The notes under the pieces are model-generated. The model did no database searches. It worked only from the letters and a program-made list of their open reading frames with translations, and was not told where the DNA came from. The position numbers and the translations under genes are program-made. A DNA stretch of 26,700 nt from a virus (taxonomy: Duplodnaviria; Caudoviricetes). The number at the start of each line of letters is the position of its first letter. Position 1 is the first letter of the stretch. Of the stretch, positions 25,389 to 26,700 are shown piece by piece. The stretch spans positions 1 through 26,700 of IMG/VR virus record IMGVR_UViG_3300037483_001454. One strand, given 5' to 3'.

Positions 25389-26700
25389 TGTGGCCATTCC
25401 GCCCCCGGAATCGCAGCGCAAATCGGTCGCGCCCGGCCATCCCAGGGGTGGTTCGCGCCCGCTTCGATGCGGCGCAGACAACCGCCGAGAACGCCCGCCA
25501 CTGGGCGATGGCCGATGCGATGTCGGCGGACGGTGCCGCCTCGGCCGACGTCCGCAGGAAGCTCCGCGAGCGTGCTCGCTATGAGGTGGCCAACAACAGT
25601 TACGCCAAGGGCATTGTGCTGACCATCGCCAACGACGCCATCGGCACTGGGCCTCGCTTGCAACTGCTTACCAATGACAGCGAGATCAATCACCGTGTCG
25701 AGGTGGCATTCGCCCAATGGGCCAGGACCGTCAAACTGGCCGAGAAGCTCCGTGCAATGCGCATGGCCAAGTCGACCGACGGCGAGGCCTTTGCCGTACT
25801 CACCGCCAACCCGGTGATCGACTCGCCGATCCAACTCGATGTGCAGTTGGTGGAGGCCGACCGGGTCGCATCGCCAGTCATGTCGATGCTGGCGACGTCC
25901 AACGACATCGACGGCATCATCCTCGATCCCTATGGCAATCCTCACACCTACACGATCCTGCGTCATCACCCCGGAAGCCCCGGAAGTTTAACTGCGTGGA
26001 ATACGCCGTATGACATGGTGCCCGCTGACGCGGTGGTGCACTGGTTCCGCGTCGATCGCCCAGGCCAGCATCGGGGCGTTCCGGAGATCACGCCGGCCCT
26101 GCCGCTGTTCGCGCAGTTGCGGCGCTACACACTGGCGGTCATCGCAGCGGCCGAGACTGCTGCCGACTTCGCGGCTGTGCTGTTCACCGACGCCCCGGCC
26201 AACGGCGAAGCGCAGGCGCTCGAACCAATGGACGTGGTCGAACTTGAAAAACGCATGGCCACCGTGCTGCCCGATGGCTGGCGATTAGGCCAAGTCGAAG
26301 CGCAACAGCCCACAACCAGTTACGGCGAGTTCAAACGCGAGATCCTCAACGAAATCGCTCGCTGCCTGAACCTGCCATTCAACGTCGCTGCCGGCAACAG
26401 CGCCGGCTACAACTACGCCTCCGGTCGGCTCGACCACCAGACCTACTTCAAATCCATCCGCGTCGAACAGGCGCACCTGGCTGAGACGGTCCTCGATCGC
26501 ATCTTCGCCGCGTGGGTTCACGAGGCCATGTTGATGACCGAGTTCGCCTTCCTGCGCACGATGAGCCGCCGGGCTGATTTCCGGGGGCAGTGGTTCTTCG
26601 ACGGCACTGAACACGTCGATCCCGCCAAGGAAGCCAACGCGCAAGCGACCCGCCTGGCCAACAACACCACCACGCTCGCGGCGGAGTACGCACGCCAGGG
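25388..26700 (+). CDS. Phage portal protein, lambda family; 3'-partial, not in ORF track
   Basis: MWPFR...RARFDAA...LRERARYEVANNSYAKGIV...DGEAF...VEADRV...RPGQHRGVPEITPAL...YNYASGRLD...HVDPAKEANA. Confidence 0.93.
   Translation, partial: MWPFRPRNRSANRSRPAIPGVVRARFDAAQTTAENARHWAMADAMSADGAASADVRRKLRERARYEVANNSYAKGIVLTIANDAIGTGPRLQLLTNDSEINHRVEVAFAQWARTVKLAEKLRAMRMAKSTDGEAFAVLTANPVIDSPIQLDVQLVEADRVASPVMSMLATSNDIDGIILDPYGNPHTYTILRHHPGSPGSLTAWNTPYDMVPADAVVHWFRVDRPGQHRGVPEITPALPLFAQLRRYTLAVIAAAETAADFAAVLFTDAPANGEAQALEPMDVVELEKRMATVLPDGWRLGQVEAQQPTTSYGEFKREILNEIARCLNLPFNVAAGNSAGYNYASGRLDHQTYFKSIRVEQAHLAETVLDRIFAAWVHEAMLMTEFAFLRTMSRRADFRGQWFFDGTEHVDPAKEANAQATRLANNTTTLAAEYARQ

Larger units (their letters stand above)
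8633..26588. repeat. Dispersed motif TTCCGGGGG(C) throughout the phage core
   Basis: Exact 9-mer on + at 8633, 9003, 9027, 11787, 13978, 17113, 19953, 21189, 22596, 26579. On - (CCCCCGGAA) at 11347, 11743, 13372, 13384, 25402. Additional 8-mers at 9553, 16384, 21111, 21123, 22238, 25969, 25978. Confidence 0.9.
8283..26700 (+). mobile_element. Prophage / prophage-like element (replication, packaging and head modules); continues beyond the right edge
   Basis: AAA_24, DUF669, ERCC4, RecD2, D5 primase, ParB-MTase, GpA terminase, gpW-like and lambda-type portal in canonical order, several with coupled starts and stops. Confidence 0.9.

Noticed and set aside
8603-26588. TTCCGGGGG explained as a Pro-Gly codon bias or G-quadruplexes
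   Set aside because: It occurs in multiple frames, on both strands and intergenically, and most copies have only one or two G-runs; only 8601-8645, 8981-9036 and 13359-13392 have clustered runs.

Overview
The window has three blocks. (1) 1-2009 (-): a low-GC gene absent from the ORF track because it runs off the left edge. It encodes about 4 N-terminal TM helices, a STAND NTPase and TPRs (Avs/NLR-like). (2) 2471-8282 (+): a BREX type 1-like fragment broken at both ends: 5'-truncated pglX, an inserted HEPN-motif gene, pglZ, and only the first ~80 codons of brxL, fused in frame to a phage AAA_24/Sak4-like gene. (3) 8283-26700: a high-GC prophage-like element (gene set reminiscent of Planctomycetota elements; inference). 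Its core genes are DUF669, ERCC4 nuclease, RecD2, AEP-D5 primase-helicase with iteron-like repeats, a lambda-like cos candidate, ParB-MTase, GpA-type terminase, a variant tRNA-fMet, a gpW-like gene and portal. Three opposite-strand cargo blocks interrupt it (PIN TA; Fic plus HARE-HTH operon; AbiEi/AbiEii). The most unusual signal is a dispersed motif TTCCGGGGG(C): 15 exact 9-mers (22 counting the 8-mer TTCCGGGG), on both strands and across all reading frames, often forming short in-frame insertions in phage core genes, and absent from the BREX, STAND and TA cargo genes. Second, each antisense cargo block is spanned on the + strand by stop-free ORFs whose starts adjoin the upstream phage stop. 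All calls come from manual motif reading; no database searches were run.
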